A stretch of DNA of 64,000 nucleotides from Candidatus Bathyarchaeota archaeon (GCA_963833125.1 CAWHWX010000018.1:32001-96000), one strand, 5' to 3'. Shown: positions 1 through 10,890, numbered from the stretch's first letter. Notes: generated by a model not told the origin, from the sequence alone. Program-made: numbers and translations.

Positions 1-128
1 TGAGAATGCGGCTTTCCCACGGTTCAAACTCAATGCGTTGGAAATCCGGTTAGCTGCAGATGTTGGCAAACGTATCGTTCTTATATCGTTTTTTCTCATC
101 CGACTTTATGAATCATAAACCCAACGCA

Positions 129-1088
129 TTGCAACGGATTCCTCGACAGAAAGCGATGCAGTTCCAGTTCGATAGGAAGATTACTCCAATCCTACACGTC
201 AAACCAGGAGAGTCATTCTCAGTTGAGACTGAAGACGCATATGGTGGGTTGATCAGAACTTCTGACAGACTCCCGATCCCAGAACATGTCCCTGGCTTAA
301 GTCCGGGCACCCTCTGGGGCAACCCTATGGCCGGTCCAATCTTTGTCGAAGGCGCAAAGACGGGAGATCTCATCCAAATAAACATCGAAGAAATCGAGGT
401 AGATACGCAGGGTGTTACCTGTATTGAACCAGGCCTCGGACCTCTTCAGGATTCAGAGCGCTGGCCGGAGTGCCGCGGACCATACTCTCATATCATCAAG
501 CATCTTGCCGGGCCTAGCGGAACAACTCGGGACGGTAAAGGTGCATTTACCGATAGAGTAGTCTGGGATTTGAAACCCTTCATAGGCACAATCGGTGTGG
601 CTCCGGAGCTTGGTGTACCATCAAGCGTAACGGGTCAAGGGCCATGGGGTGGAAACATCGACTGCCGCGACATGAAAGAGGGAACGAAATTGTATTTGAA
701 CAGCTATCAAGATGGAGGCCTCCTGTTTGTCGGCGACGTGCACGCAAGTCAAGCCGACACTGAGTTTTACGGAGTCGCAGATGAAACACGTGCTAAACTA
801 ACGTTAATCTGCAAAGTGATCGAGAATAAGCGAATTGCTAATCCGCGTTTGGAAAAGGAAGATTCCATTATCACGTTGTGTAGTTCTCGGCCCCTAGAAG
901 ACGCAGTTACCAGAGCAATGCTCGATATGATGGAATGGATGATTAGTGAATATGGAATCCGTCCAAGAGAAGCGTACATGCATTTGACCGTAAACCCAGA
1001 TATGAGAGTCCACGTCTACCAGATGGTTAACACTCCCCAAATGGCATTCACCGCTGGCGTAGAAATGCCCAAAAAGTACCTCTCCTGA
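129..1088 (+). CDS. Acetamidase/formamidase family protein
   Basis: Motifs NPMAGPIFVEGAKTGD, PFIGTIGVAP, GGNIDC and GDVHASQAD. The start is uncertain (TTG 129 or ATG 156; the ORF is open from 60). Confidence 0.85.
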   Translation: MQRIPRQKAMQFQFDRKITPILHVKPGESFSVETEDAYGGLIRTSDRLPIPEHVPGLSPGTLWGNPMAGPIFVEGAKTGDLIQINIEEIEVDTQGVTCIEPGLGPLQDSERWPECRGPYSHIIKHLAGPSGTTRDGKGAFTDRVVWDLKPFIGTIGVAPELGVPSSVTGQGPWGGNIDCRDMKEGTKLYLNSYQDGGLLFVGDVHASQADTEFYGVADETRAKLTLICKVIENKRIANPRLEKEDSIITLCSSRPLEDAVTRAMLDMMEWMISEYGIRPREAYMHLTVNPDMRVHVYQMVNTPQMAFTAGVEMPKKYLS

Positions 1089-1106
1089 ATCGAGGAGGTT
1101 TCTGGC

Positions 1107-2484
1107 ATGACGAGACAATTCGCGCTCAGCCCGAAGAAAACTCAGCGAATCAGAACCAGATTCCGCAAAATTGTCACCGATATTCCCGCTCCCAAATCTA
1201 TCCCGATTTTGGAGAGATTAAGAAAGGCTGAGCCATTGTCCATGACTGGCCAACCACCAGTGCTTTGGGATCGCGCTAAAGGATTCCAGGTTTTCGATCG
1301 CTGGGGTAATTGCTGGCTCGACTGGTCAAGTGGGGTGCTTGTGGCGTCAGCAGGTCACGGCCGCAAAGAAATCATTGCTTCCATCAATCAGGTGCTGAAA
1401 AAGCCACTGCTTCACAGTTACTGTTTCCCAAGCGAATATCGGGGAAAGCTGACTACCGAAATCGTAAAGCTTGCCCCAGATGGACTAGACAAATGCTTTC
1501 TTCTCACCACGGGCGCGGAAGCCGTCGAATGCATCATCAAAACCTCGCGCGCCTTCGGACAGAAAGTCGGTGGCCCCAACAAGAACGTCATAGTCACCTT
1601 TCACGGTGATTTCCATGGTCGAACAATGGGCGCCCAACTCGCAGGCGGGTCGTCCACGCTCAAGGATTGGATTGGGCCGACAGCTGATAGCGGGTTTGTC
1701 CAAGTTGACTTCCCCGGTGACATCCGCACCAAGGACAACTCGTTTGAAGGCTTCGTGAATGCGCTCAAGGCCAAGGGAGTCACCGCAGACAGGATCTGTT
1801 TGGTGTTGCCGGAGACATTTCAGGGCGGCTCGGCAGCCTTCATGCCAGTCGAGTTCGCTAAGAAGCTTCGCGAATGGACAGCCGCGAATAGAATTGTTCT
1901 GGGTTTCGACGAAATTCAAGCTGGGTTTGGCCGTTGCGGTACACTTTGGGGTTTTGAGCATTACGGCGTAGTGCCTGACATCTTCAGCTTGGGTAAGAGC
2001 ATTTCCGGTTCGCTTCCCCTATCGGCCGTTGTCGGCAAACAGGAACTAATGGACTTATTCGGTCCCAATTCGATGACGAGCACCCACACCGGCAACCCAG
2101 TGTGCTGCGCGGCGGCACTAGCGAGCATTCACATAATTCTCAAGGAGAAGCTGATTCAGAAAGCAGCCAATACTGGCAGGATGCTTCACGAGGGACTCAA
2201 CCGTATTCGTGCGAAGTTTCCGGATAATATCGCGGCCGTACAAGGGCGGCGGTATGGTCGCTGGTGTGCACATGGTTAAACCCGACGGGGGAATGGAGCC
2301 AGACGCGGAGGCTGCGTTCGATATCGTCGAGCGCTGTATGGAGAGGGGGGTTCTCATGTTTGCACCTGTGGGGTTTGGGGGTGCTACTGTGAAGATTTCG
2401 CCACCACTCGTGACGCCAAAAGAAGCAATCCAAGATGGCCTCACAGTATTTGAAGAGGCCGTTCAGGATGTGCTAGACAAGTGA
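1107..2484 (+). CDS. Class III PLP aminotransferase (4-aminobutyrate/acetylornithine aminotransferase-like), frameshifted near 2245
   Basis: Motifs FHGRT, FDEIQAGFGRCG, LGKSISG (PLP lysine) and THTGNP. The C-terminus (GMVAGVHMV...KISPPLV) continues in ORF 2209..2484. Confidence 0.85.
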
Positions 2485-2596
2485 TGAAGTTCTCGAGTCT
2501 ATGAATGGGAAGGATTGTTGCGTGATTTTGAGCCACTAAAACAAAACTGGCGGGTATAGCACATCTTATATATTTTCACAATGCGTCCATATCGCC

Positions 2597-4198
2597 ATGG
2601 CTACTAAGCCGACTCTCTTCGTACGAGAAGCGACGGGACTCGTTCGTTCGCTTTCAACTTTCGATCTCTTCAACTTAGCCTACGGCCAAATAATGCCAGC
2701 CGTCGGAATCGTCTTCATCGTATCCTTCACTCCCTTCGCTTTCCCACAAAGCAACATGTTCCTAGCTTTTCTGATAGTCATTCCCATGGTCGCCTTAGGG
2801 CCAGGCTTGATCTATTCAATGCTCGCGGCCGCAATGCCTCGCTCGGGGGGTGATTACGTGTACGTGAGCCGAATCCTCCACCCTGCCATAGGTTTCATGA
2901 CGAGCTGGTTGTTCACGTTAACTGTCTACAGTTTCATTGCGACTGCTGGCTTCATTTTTTCATCAACAGCTTTGAACGTATTTCTAGCTACAATCGGCAT
3001 TATGACCAATAGTCCTTGGCTGGTTACGGATTCAACTTGGTTTACGACAAGTTTGGGCGAATTGGTTACAGGTACGGTGCTGATTGGTGGGGTCATGTTG
3101 CTGCTAATCTACGGACGGGCTGTGTGGACTTTCATGAGGATTCTTTTCGTCATCGTAATGGTTGGCACTATCGTTAACATTCTCTATCTGGTGACGGCCT
3201 CACAGGGGGCGTTCGTCAGTGCTTTCAACTCTCAATTTGCTTCGAGTGGGTTTACGTATAACGGGATCATCCAGACGGCGACGAAGAACGGATATCTTTC
3301 CGGATCGACATGGGCGGGCACCTTCGGGGCACTAATTTACGCGATGAGCGGGCTGGTCGGGTTCAACTTCTCCGCATATTCCGCTGGAGAGGCGAAGAAG
3401 GCCTCGAAGAGCATGCCTATCTCTATCATTGGCAGCACATTAATCGGAGGTGCGTTATTCGCCCTTTGGGCGTTCGGAATTTACAACGCATTTGGCTATG
3501 ACTTCTTCTCGGCTGCGAATTACCTAGTCAACTGCTGCTCATCCACCGTGCCCTTACCCTTCACTGCCTCCGTGAACGCTCTCTTCACCTACCTTCCAGG
3601 TCAGAATCCATTGGTTGAAATCCTAGGAGCTTTGGCGTTCGGCCTCGCATGGATTTGGTTAACCCCAACCGATTTCATCCCAGTGGTTAGGAACATGTTT
3701 GCGTGGGCCTTTGACAGGGTTGGGCCGTCATGGTTGGCGGACGTGAATGATCGCTTCCATACGCCTGTAAAGTCGATTCTCCTCAGCGCAGCGCTAGGCG
3801 AAATTCTGCTGATACTTGCCATCTACACTACTGGCATTTCTATAGTCTTTGCGAACGGTGCAATTCTCATTAACTTGGCTTTCTTGATTACGAGCATCGC
3901 AGGGATACTCTTTCCCTTCAGGGCGAAGAAGATTTTCGAGCAGTCACCCGGCTGGGTTAAGAAGAGAGTTGGGGGAGTGCCAGTGGTTACCTTGGTTGGT
4001 ATATTCTCCGCCATTGTTGAATTGATTCTCCTCTACGGTGGCGTCACTAATGCCGTCATAGGCGGAGCACCAGCATCCTATCCCTTCAGCGCAGGCATAG
4101 CAATCAGCGGGATAGTCATATACTATATCGCTAAAATGTACCGGAAGAGACAGGGAATAGATCTCAGCCTGGTATTCAAAGACATCCCACCAGAATAA
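2597..4198 (+). CDS. APC-family amino acid/amine permease
   Basis: N-terminus LFVREATGLVR, motif MPRSGGDYVYVSR, about 12 hydrophobic segments and C-terminal FKDIPPE, typical of archaeal APC permeases. Confidence 0.9.
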   Translation: MATKPTLFVREATGLVRSLSTFDLFNLAYGQIMPAVGIVFIVSFTPFAFPQSNMFLAFLIVIPMVALGPGLIYSMLAAAMPRSGGDYVYVSRILHPAIGFMTSWLFTLTVYSFIATAGFIFSSTALNVFLATIGIMTNSPWLVTDSTWFTTSLGELVTGTVLIGGVMLLLIYGRAVWTFMRILFVIVMVGTIVNILYLVTASQGAFVSAFNSQFASSGFTYNGIIQTATKNGYLSGSTWAGTFGALIYAMSGLVGFNFSAYSAGEAKKASKSMPISIIGSTLIGGALFALWAFGIYNAFGYDFFSAANYLVNCCSSTVPLPFTASVNALFTYLPGQNPLVEILGALAFGLAWIWLTPTDFIPVVRNMFAWAFDRVGPSWLADVNDRFHTPVKSILLSAALGEILLILAIYTTGISIVFANGAILINLAFLITSIAGILFPFRAKKIFEQSPGWVKKRVGGVPVVTLVGIFSAIVELILLYGGVTNAVIGGAPASYPFSAGIAISGIVIYYIAKMYRKRQGIDLSLVFKDIPPE

Positions 4199-4284
4199 GA
4201 AAACCAGCAAGTCAGCACCTACCGCGACTGATCCTCAAGCGAACTCAGAAATCCAGCACAAAAACGGTTTCCGGGCCGTCAGCG

Positions 4285-5266
4285 TTATTCGAGGTTGGAG
4301 CGGAGCATTGCCCTCAGTGTTTCACCGTTAGAAGTCCAAACCGCGTTTCGATCAACCATTTTGATGTATCCGGCCGCCTCAAATTGATTGAGAAGCTCTC
4401 GCCGTGTCAGGCTTACACTCGCGAGAACTGCCTGAAGGGTATCATCCGTTCGCTCTCTGGCTGGGATTGATTCTATAATTTGATCAAGTTGAGGTCCCAT
4501 TCGGTAGAATTCATCGATGTCTTTCACGAATAGCCTTAGCAACTCCCTGTTTATGGCGCCTTGTAACCCTCTCATCATTCTCTATCACTTCCCTATCGTC
4601 AGCCGTCATAACGAAAAGACCTTGAGTGCGGGGCAGAATCCGTTCATCTCTGAACGAAGCCCAATCTTGAAGTAGCCAAGGATCGGTTAGTTTGTGTTTA
4701 ATCACAAATCTAGCTTTAGGGTCTCGACCGTACCACTTACCCAAAACCGCCTCATCTAGTCGAATTAGGGGTCTCTCGATCCGCGAAGGCGAACCCTCTA
4801 TCGATAGAAAGCTGTGCCAGGGTCCACAGATCATGAAACGAGATGCAGTTTGCCATGACTCTCGTCTTGTAATGCCAAAGATCAAACGCAACGCGCTTCA
4901 CCAAGCCATCTCTCAAGTACACGTAGATCGGTTCGTAATCGTAAGAATGGGTTGGGGTTAATTGAAAATTCCAATAGTAGATGTACTCGATGCAGGATTC
5001 CTCTGGGTTCCTAACAATTCGGTAATATATCGACTCCAGCTCGGTCGGATCTGTCGATTCTCCGGAACCCGTTACTTGTGGAAGATGGGCCATCGCTGAG
5101 CGCGTCATCAAAGTCGACTCGGTAACCTTGTGGGAGCATTTCGGAATAAGCTGTTGACCATTCATTCATCTTTTCATGAATCAGATGCTTCAGCCATTGG
5201 TTCCCCCCCTCGGTTCTTGACAAAAACCTCTTCATCCGGATCAAGAGCGAATGACAAGCTTTCCAC
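4285..5266 (-). CDS. Hypothetical protein (~325 aa) split by four apparent +1 frameshifts; possible pseudogene
   Basis: Segments of ORFs 5011..5271, 4752..5165, 4511..4891 and 4285..4578 join into one frame from GTG 5266 (982 nt minus 4 = 326 codons). It contains YIYYWNFQLTPTHSYDYEPIYVYL. Confidence 0.55.
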
Positions 5267-5452
5267 ATCAACTCCTATCCCGTTACGTCCTAAACTGTAT
5301 CTCGATTTCCAGCTTTCTCACGAAGTATTCTCCTTTCTCGTTATTAGATACACGACGTTTTTCTCGATATCTACAAAGCTCATCTGATCGCCCAAAGCGG
5401 AACGCTATCATTATGTGATTGGCCGACGGTTCCGTAAACGGCGTCATCTGGT

Positions 5453-5803
5453 TTGAAGGGAACCCGGGTAGGTCATGTTGGATCACGATCCTCGTCCCGA
5501 GGAGCAAATCAACATGGGCAGGGGCTAAAGTTATCCCATCCTCGTCTGTTTCGCTTCGCAGTCTCAACGCTTGCATCATATGTTGCTGCCAGATTCTTCG
5601 CCGACTTCCTTCACTTGCGACTATACGTGACACACGAACGAATCCACATCCATCACTTTGTACTCGGCTTGCTTTTGACGCCAATCACTTGGTTTGCTTT
5701 TGAGGAGAACAAAAACGTCGAGGCGGAAATACTAGCGGGAGCAGTTTTGGGTCTATTTCTATCAGAACTCAAGCAACTGATCCTAGAAGAATGGGGCCCA
5801 TAA
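5453..5803 (+). CDS. Small membrane protein with HIHH motif
   Basis: About three hydrophobic segments and RIHIHHFVLGLLL. The true start is probably downstream of 5453. Confidence 0.6.
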   Translation: MKGTRVGHVGSRSSSRGANQHGQGLKLSHPRLFRFAVSTLASYVAARFFADFLHLRLYVTHERIHIHHFVLGLLLTPITWFAFEENKNVEAEILAGAVLGLFLSELKQLILEEWGP

Positions 5804-5866
5804 TGCGTCGGCACTCAATGATAGCGTTCTAATACTCTAACACCGTGATCAAACCCGTAATCGAAA

Positions 5867-6469
5867 TTGGCAACCCACGCATTGCTCATAATAGATATGC
5901 AACATGATTTCGTCGATGAAGACGGTGCCGTTCCATGTCAGGATGCGCCTGGGATAGTTTCAAAAATCAAGGAATTATCGCACGAGGCTCGTCGTGCGGG
6001 CATCCCGATCATATACACAAGAGAAGTACATCGGCCTCAGAAGGTCGATTTTGGAAGAGAACTAGATGGAGATGAAACCCTTCATTGTGTTGAAGGAACT
6101 AAGGGCGCCGAAATCGTAGAAGAGTTGACACCAAAAGAATCGGACTATGTCATAAACAAAAGGCGATACAGCGCATTCTTCGGCACCGACCTAGCTATTC
6201 TACTCAAAGGATTGGCCGTGGATACCTTGTACATAACAGGAGCCGCCACCGACGTTTGCGTCTACCTAACAGCCATGGACGCCCATCAATTTGACTTCAA
6301 AGTCAGAATCCCCAAGGATTGCGTGTCAGGGACAAGTCAAGCCGCTCACGAAGCGGCACTTGCCGCAGTTGAAAGGCTCCAAGAGGGAGCCCTCACCGAC
6401 TCGACTACGACCATCCGAATCTTTCATGAAATGACGAGGACCACACCCAGCCAAATTGACCCCCATTAG
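5867..6469 (+). CDS. Isochorismatase-family cysteine hydrolase (nicotinamidase/N-carbamoylsarcosine amidase-like)
   Basis: Triad motifs IIDMQHDF, KRRYSAF and GAATDVCV. Confidence 0.9.
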   Translation: MATHALLIIDMQHDFVDEDGAVPCQDAPGIVSKIKELSHEARRAGIPIIYTREVHRPQKVDFGRELDGDETLHCVEGTKGAEIVEELTPKESDYVINKRRYSAFFGTDLAILLKGLAVDTLYITGAATDVCVYLTAMDAHQFDFKVRIPKDCVSGTSQAAHEAALAAVERLQEGALTDSTTTIRIFHEMTRTTPSQIDPH

Positions 6470-7728
6470 TGTTGTTGAGAGGCGAACCTCTGGAGGAGCT
6501 TCCTAAGTGTCAATTTGTATTATGTAACGCAAGAATTCTCAATCGTAGCGAATCTGTTTCGATTTTGATTGAGGGAGACAGAATATCTAAAATCGCCTCA
6601 AATTTGTCGTTGGGAGCAGACAAGGAAATCGATGCGAAGGGCGGTCTGGTTCTCCCGACATTTGTTGAACCGCACATACATCTTGACAAAGTCTTGCTCT
6701 CAGAGGAATTCGGATATGCCTCCTCAATAGAACAAGCGTGCGAAATCATCAAGAAAGCAAAGGAGTCTTTCACAGTAAGCAGCGTAAAACAACGAATAAA
6801 ACGGGTACTGCCACTCGCTCTGAAAAACGGAGTGACCGTAATCAGAAGCCACGTGGATATCGACCACATCGTCGGACTAACAGCATTCGACGCATTGAAC
6901 GAGCTTCGACGCGAATATTCTCCCCCTTTTGACATTCAAATCGTAGCCAATCCACAGGAAGGAATCATTAGCCACGGAGGAACGCAGGAATTGCTCTTCA
7001 AAGCGATCGAGTCAGGAGCAGACGTTATGGGCGCTCTTCCCGAAGCTGAGAAATCTGTTGATGACTCAAAGGCACATTTGGACAAGGTTTTCTCCATCGC
7101 GAAAGAGAAAGACGTCGACGTAGACGTTCACAATGACGTAATCTCTTCCGGAAGAAATCTGGAGTATTTTCTCTCAAAGGTCGTCGGTAGTCATTATGAA
7201 GGTAGAGCTTCATCGGCCCATAACATAGCCTTGGCTCATTATGATGACGATTACGCCAGCAAAATCATCGCTTCAATAAAGCAGGCTAGAGTGAATATCA
7301 TAGCGAATCCCTGTACGATGATGACGAGCGGGGGTAAACATCTACCTCCAATCCCTAGGGGGATTACTCGCGTAAGAGAACTACTCAATGCTGGGGTGAA
7401 TGTAACTTACGGCATCGACAATATGGTGGACCCATTCAACCCATTCGGCGATTTCAGTCCATTCCGAAATGGTTGGCTGCTCGCTTACGGAGGGCAACTC
7501 AACTCCCGAGAGCTGTTCGAACAGATCCCTAGAATGATCACTGACAACGCAGCTCTCATGCTTCGGCTTAACGACTACGGAGTCGGGGAGGGTTGCAAAG
7601 CCGACCTAAACATAATGAATTATTCGAACGCGGCTGATTGTCTCAGATTTGGTGACATGCCTCGGTATGTCATTAAGCGTGGAAAAGTCCTTGCGGAAAA
7701 CCAGCTGATCAGCGCACTCTACTTGTAA
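6469..7728 (+). CDS. Cytosine/creatinine deaminase (CodA)/AtzC-like amidohydrolase
   Basis: Motifs PHIHLDK, RSHVD, PQEG, RGITRVRELL and GIDNMVDPFNPFG. Overlaps the stop codon of the upstream gene. Confidence 0.85.
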   Translation: MLLRGEPLEELPKCQFVLCNARILNRSESVSILIEGDRISKIASNLSLGADKEIDAKGGLVLPTFVEPHIHLDKVLLSEEFGYASSIEQACEIIKKAKESFTVSSVKQRIKRVLPLALKNGVTVIRSHVDIDHIVGLTAFDALNELRREYSPPFDIQIVANPQEGIISHGGTQELLFKAIESGADVMGALPEAEKSVDDSKAHLDKVFSIAKEKDVDVDVHNDVISSGRNLEYFLSKVVGSHYEGRASSAHNIALAHYDDDYASKIIASIKQARVNIIANPCTMMTSGGKHLPPIPRGITRVRELLNAGVNVTYGIDNMVDPFNPFGDFSPFRNGWLLAYGGQLNSRELFEQIPRMITDNAALMLRLNDYGVGEGCKADLNIMNYSNAADCLRFGDMPRYVIKRGKVLAENQLISALYL

Positions 7729-7729
7729 C

Positions 7730-8848
7730 TCATAACGCCGATGTAATTTGTTTCGTGTATCGGCCACAGTATCCGCATTGGAGTACGCGTTCACCTTTGC
7801 TGGTGACCTCTTTCATGACTGGCGCAATTGGTTCGCGTGGTTGATTGGAAATGCAATTTGGGTTTGCACAACGTCGCATCCCGTTCGTGTTTGATGTCGG
7901 TTGGCGTTTCTTCACAGGACTGTACTTTGAATGGTAGACCGATAGGTAAAGGAAAGCCATTCTTACCAGAACGCCATTCGCGGCTTGCTCGAAATATCGT
8001 GCATTCGGGGTATAGTCAATCTCCAGAGGTATCTCCTCTATTCTTGGAAGGTGATGCAAGACTATGGCGTGTTTTGGCGCATGTTTCAGGAGATCTGTGG
8101 TCAGAATGTAACTCGCTTTGAGCGCTTCTGCCTGCTTAGGATCCGAAAAACGTTCTTTCTGCAGCCTTGTAACATAAATTACGTCAGCTTGATTGATGAA
8201 TTTGGAGGGGTCTTCGCCTTCTTCATGCTTGACGTCTTTTGTGTCGAGGTAATCAGTAACCTCAGGTCGCATTCTCAGGGTCTCCGGGGACACCAAGGAA
8301 AGGGTGATCCCCTTGTAATGTCCCAGCCCGTAGGCAAGGGAAGAAGCTGACCTCGTATGGTTCAGGTCTCCCATGAGGAGAATGTTGCAGCCGTCAATCT
8401 TGCCAAACTCTCTTCGGATAGTGTAAAGGTCGGTGAGTGTTTGGCTGGGGTGATGCTGAGATCCGTCACCGCCATTGAGAACCGGGACACCGGCTATTTC
8501 AGCAGCAAATTTTGCTGATCCTTCGATCTTATGCCTTAGCACAATCACGTCTGAATAAGATTCAACCATTCTGATCGTATCCGCCAAAGTTTCGCCTTTA
8601 GCGACACTGCTGATACCCGGTTCAGCAAACCCGATCACCGATCCACCCAAGCGATGCATCGCTGTCTCAAAACTAAGCCGTGTTCTCGTGCTCGGTTCAA
8701 AGAAAATTGTTGCCATCACATTATCTTTCAATTGATTCCGGCATTTCCTCGTGTACCGTTGCATAGAGTCGGCGGTTCTGAATATTGTCTCAAGTTCTCG
8801 TTTGTCAAAATCCAGGACTGAAACAAGGTCACGTCCAGTCAACGACAA
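7730..8848 (-). CDS. pyrB: Aspartate carbamoyltransferase catalytic chain fused to a C-terminal PyrI-type zinc domain
   Basis: Motifs FFEPSTRTRLSFE, KGETLADT, HPSQTL and TRLQKER. The tail carries CANPNCISN...EP...LQCGYC. Confidence 0.88.
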   Translation of the reverse strand: MSLTGRDLVSVLDFDKRELETIFRTADSMQRYTRKCRNQLKDNVMATIFFEPSTRTRLSFETAMHRLGGSVIGFAEPGISSVAKGETLADTIRMVESYSDVIVLRHKIEGSAKFAAEIAGVPVLNGGDGSQHHPSQTLTDLYTIRREFGKIDGCNILLMGDLNHTRSASSLAYGLGHYKGITLSLVSPETLRMRPEVTDYLDTKDVKHEEGEDPSKFINQADVIYVTRLQKERFSDPKQAEALKASYILTTDLLKHAPKHAIVLHHLPRIEEIPLEIDYTPNARYFEQAANGVLVRMAFLYLSVYHSKYSPVKKRQPTSNTNGMRRCANPNCISNQPREPIAPVMKEVTSKGERVLQCGYCGRYTKQITSAL

Positions 8849-8955
8849 AGTGGATCAATCGCAGGCCTAAGTTTCCGTGCAAATAAGGTCTGTTTTCGAT
8901 TCTCTGACCCTTCAAATTCTCGCGCTCATGAATAACAGGGTATAAGTCCTGTTAC

Positions 8956-10371
8956 ATGCCGTACACTCCCGTGGTCGCAGTGCCGGACCTCTTGATTCGT
9001 GGAGGAACAATCGTCACCAACGATGGAGTTCTGAAGGCATCAATTCTTGTTGACGAGGGAAAGATAATCTCGATTTCCACGCAGAGCAATGTTCAGGCTG
9101 ACGAGGAGTTCGCCGCCACGGGATTGCACGTCCTACCTGGACTAATAGATTCGCATGTCCACTTCCGTGACCCTGGGATGACTCAGAAAGAGAATTTTCT
9201 TTCTGGGACGCGATCAGCGGCCAAGGGAGGCGTGACGACTGTATTCGACATGCCGACCACTCAACCAGTGGTTACAACAAGACAGCGATTTCTTGAGAAG
9301 ATCGAGCTAATCCAACCCAAGGCAATCGTAGATTTCGCGCTCTATGGTGGAGCCGGAGTTGACAATTTGTCCGAACTTGCTGGACTTGCCGAAGCTGGGG
9401 CTATAGCTTTCAAGACCTACATGGTAGCTCCCCCCGCAGAGAGAGTTCACGAGTACGCGGGCACCTTTGTGATCGACGCGGCTTCGCTATATCGTGTAAT
9501 GGAACAAGTCAAAAGAACGAACAAGCTACTTTGCCTACACGCCGAGAATGATAACACTATTCGCCTTCTTACTGACCGTCTCCGGCAAGAAGGAAGATGC
9601 GATGCCCCTGCCTACTACGATTCTCGGCCGCAGTTTACCGAGGCGTTGGCGGTTTCAGAAGCTCTGATAATTTCCGACGCGCTCCAGACTCGAATTCACC
9701 TACTTCACATCAGCACCGCCGAAGCAGTTTCCCTCATTCGCCTTTGGAAGCAGAGTGGGTCGACAGTCACAGCTGAAACGTGCCCGCACTATCTCCTCCT
9801 CACAAAAGACGCACTCGAGAGAAATGGGCCAAATGCGAAATTCAATCCGCCGCCGCGAGACGAATCTGACAATCAAGCACTCTGGCATGGTCTAAATGAT
9901 GGAACTATTGACATCGTAGTAAGTGATCACGCGCCTCACTCGAAACAGGAGAAAGATGCAGGCAAGGGGGATGTTTGGAAGGCGCCACCTGGAACACCTG
10001 GGGTCGAAACCAGATTACCATTAATGCTAAACGAGGTGTACAACAATCGACTGACACTCACCGACGTGGTAAGATTATGTTCCACAAGGCCCGCAGAAAT
10101 CTTCGGTCTTTATCCAAGAAAGGGCACGATTTCAGTTGGATCCGATGCTGATTTCGCAATAGTGGATCTTCAAAGGAAGTGGAAATTGAAACGTGATGAA
10201 CTCGAAACTAAAGCCAGGGACACATTTCTGTTCGATGGATGGGACGTCAGGGGCAAGTGTGTCGCCACGTTCGTACGTGGTAAATTAGTCATGAAGGATG
10301 GGCTAATCCTCGGAACCCCGGGAGAAGGCCGGTTCATACGAGCTACGGAAACTGATCACATACAAGCCTAG
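8956..10371 (+). CDS. Cyclic amidohydrolase (dihydroorotase/allantoinase family)
   Basis: Motifs DSHVHFRDPG, GGVTTVFDMP, ETCPHYL, SDHAPH and GSDADFAIVD. Confidence 0.88.
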   Translation: MPYTPVVAVPDLLIRGGTIVTNDGVLKASILVDEGKIISISTQSNVQADEEFAATGLHVLPGLIDSHVHFRDPGMTQKENFLSGTRSAAKGGVTTVFDMPTTQPVVTTRQRFLEKIELIQPKAIVDFALYGGAGVDNLSELAGLAEAGAIAFKTYMVAPPAERVHEYAGTFVIDAASLYRVMEQVKRTNKLLCLHAENDNTIRLLTDRLRQEGRCDAPAYYDSRPQFTEALAVSEALIISDALQTRIHLLHISTAEAVSLIRLWKQSGSTVTAETCPHYLLLTKDALERNGPNAKFNPPPRDESDNQALWHGLNDGTIDIVVSDHAPHSKQEKDAGKGDVWKAPPGTPGVETRLPLMLNEVYNNRLTLTDVVRLCSTRPAEIFGLYPRKGTISVGSDADFAIVDLQRKWKLKRDELETKARDTFLFDGWDVRGKCVATFVRGKLVMKDGLILGTPGEGRFIRATETDHIQA

Positions 10372-10384
10372 GCTGTGAATGGTT

Positions 10385-10890
10385 TCATTTGCCGAAGACG
10401 CTGGAGAGCATGGTCTCGGTAAGTTGTGATGCTTCGCCTGAGAATTTGAGGGTCCCGCTGGATAATGCACTTGCGCTTTGATTGGTCAAGAAGCTGCCGA
10501 TTTCATGCGCGTATCCATAGTCCTCTGCTTCATACACGAAAGATTTTGCGTGTATTAGGCCGAGCCATGCAATTGTCATGGTTGCGTAACCGCATTAAGC
10601 TGGTCTGCTGTCATCTGTGCACCTTGTTGTACTTGTGTTCCGTCAGGTGCGTAGATTCCGCTGAGCGGAGTGATCAAACCGACTTCGATCGCGCCTTGCG
10701 CCGATGCGCTTGTCATGGATGCGGCTTGTGTTGTCATCATCGTTGTTTGCTGCATGGATGTTGACGTGGTGTAATAGTAGGCGCCGCCTACTATCGCTAG
10801 GATTACGATTACAGCGACAACTATGCTAGAGTTTTCTTAGTTCCACTTTTGGTTGACGAGTAGATTTCCAGTTTTGCGTTGCTTGCTCAA
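10385..10890 (-). pseudogene. Degraded, internally deleted paralog of the Liv-type substrate-binding protein
   Basis: Minus-strand fragments MSKQRK.., IVVAVIVILAIVGGAYYY, IEVGLITPLSGIYAPDGTQVQQGAQM and AWLGLIHAKSFVYEAEDYGYAHE match the protein at 11095. Frames are broken and the gene is truncated. Confidence 0.8.
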
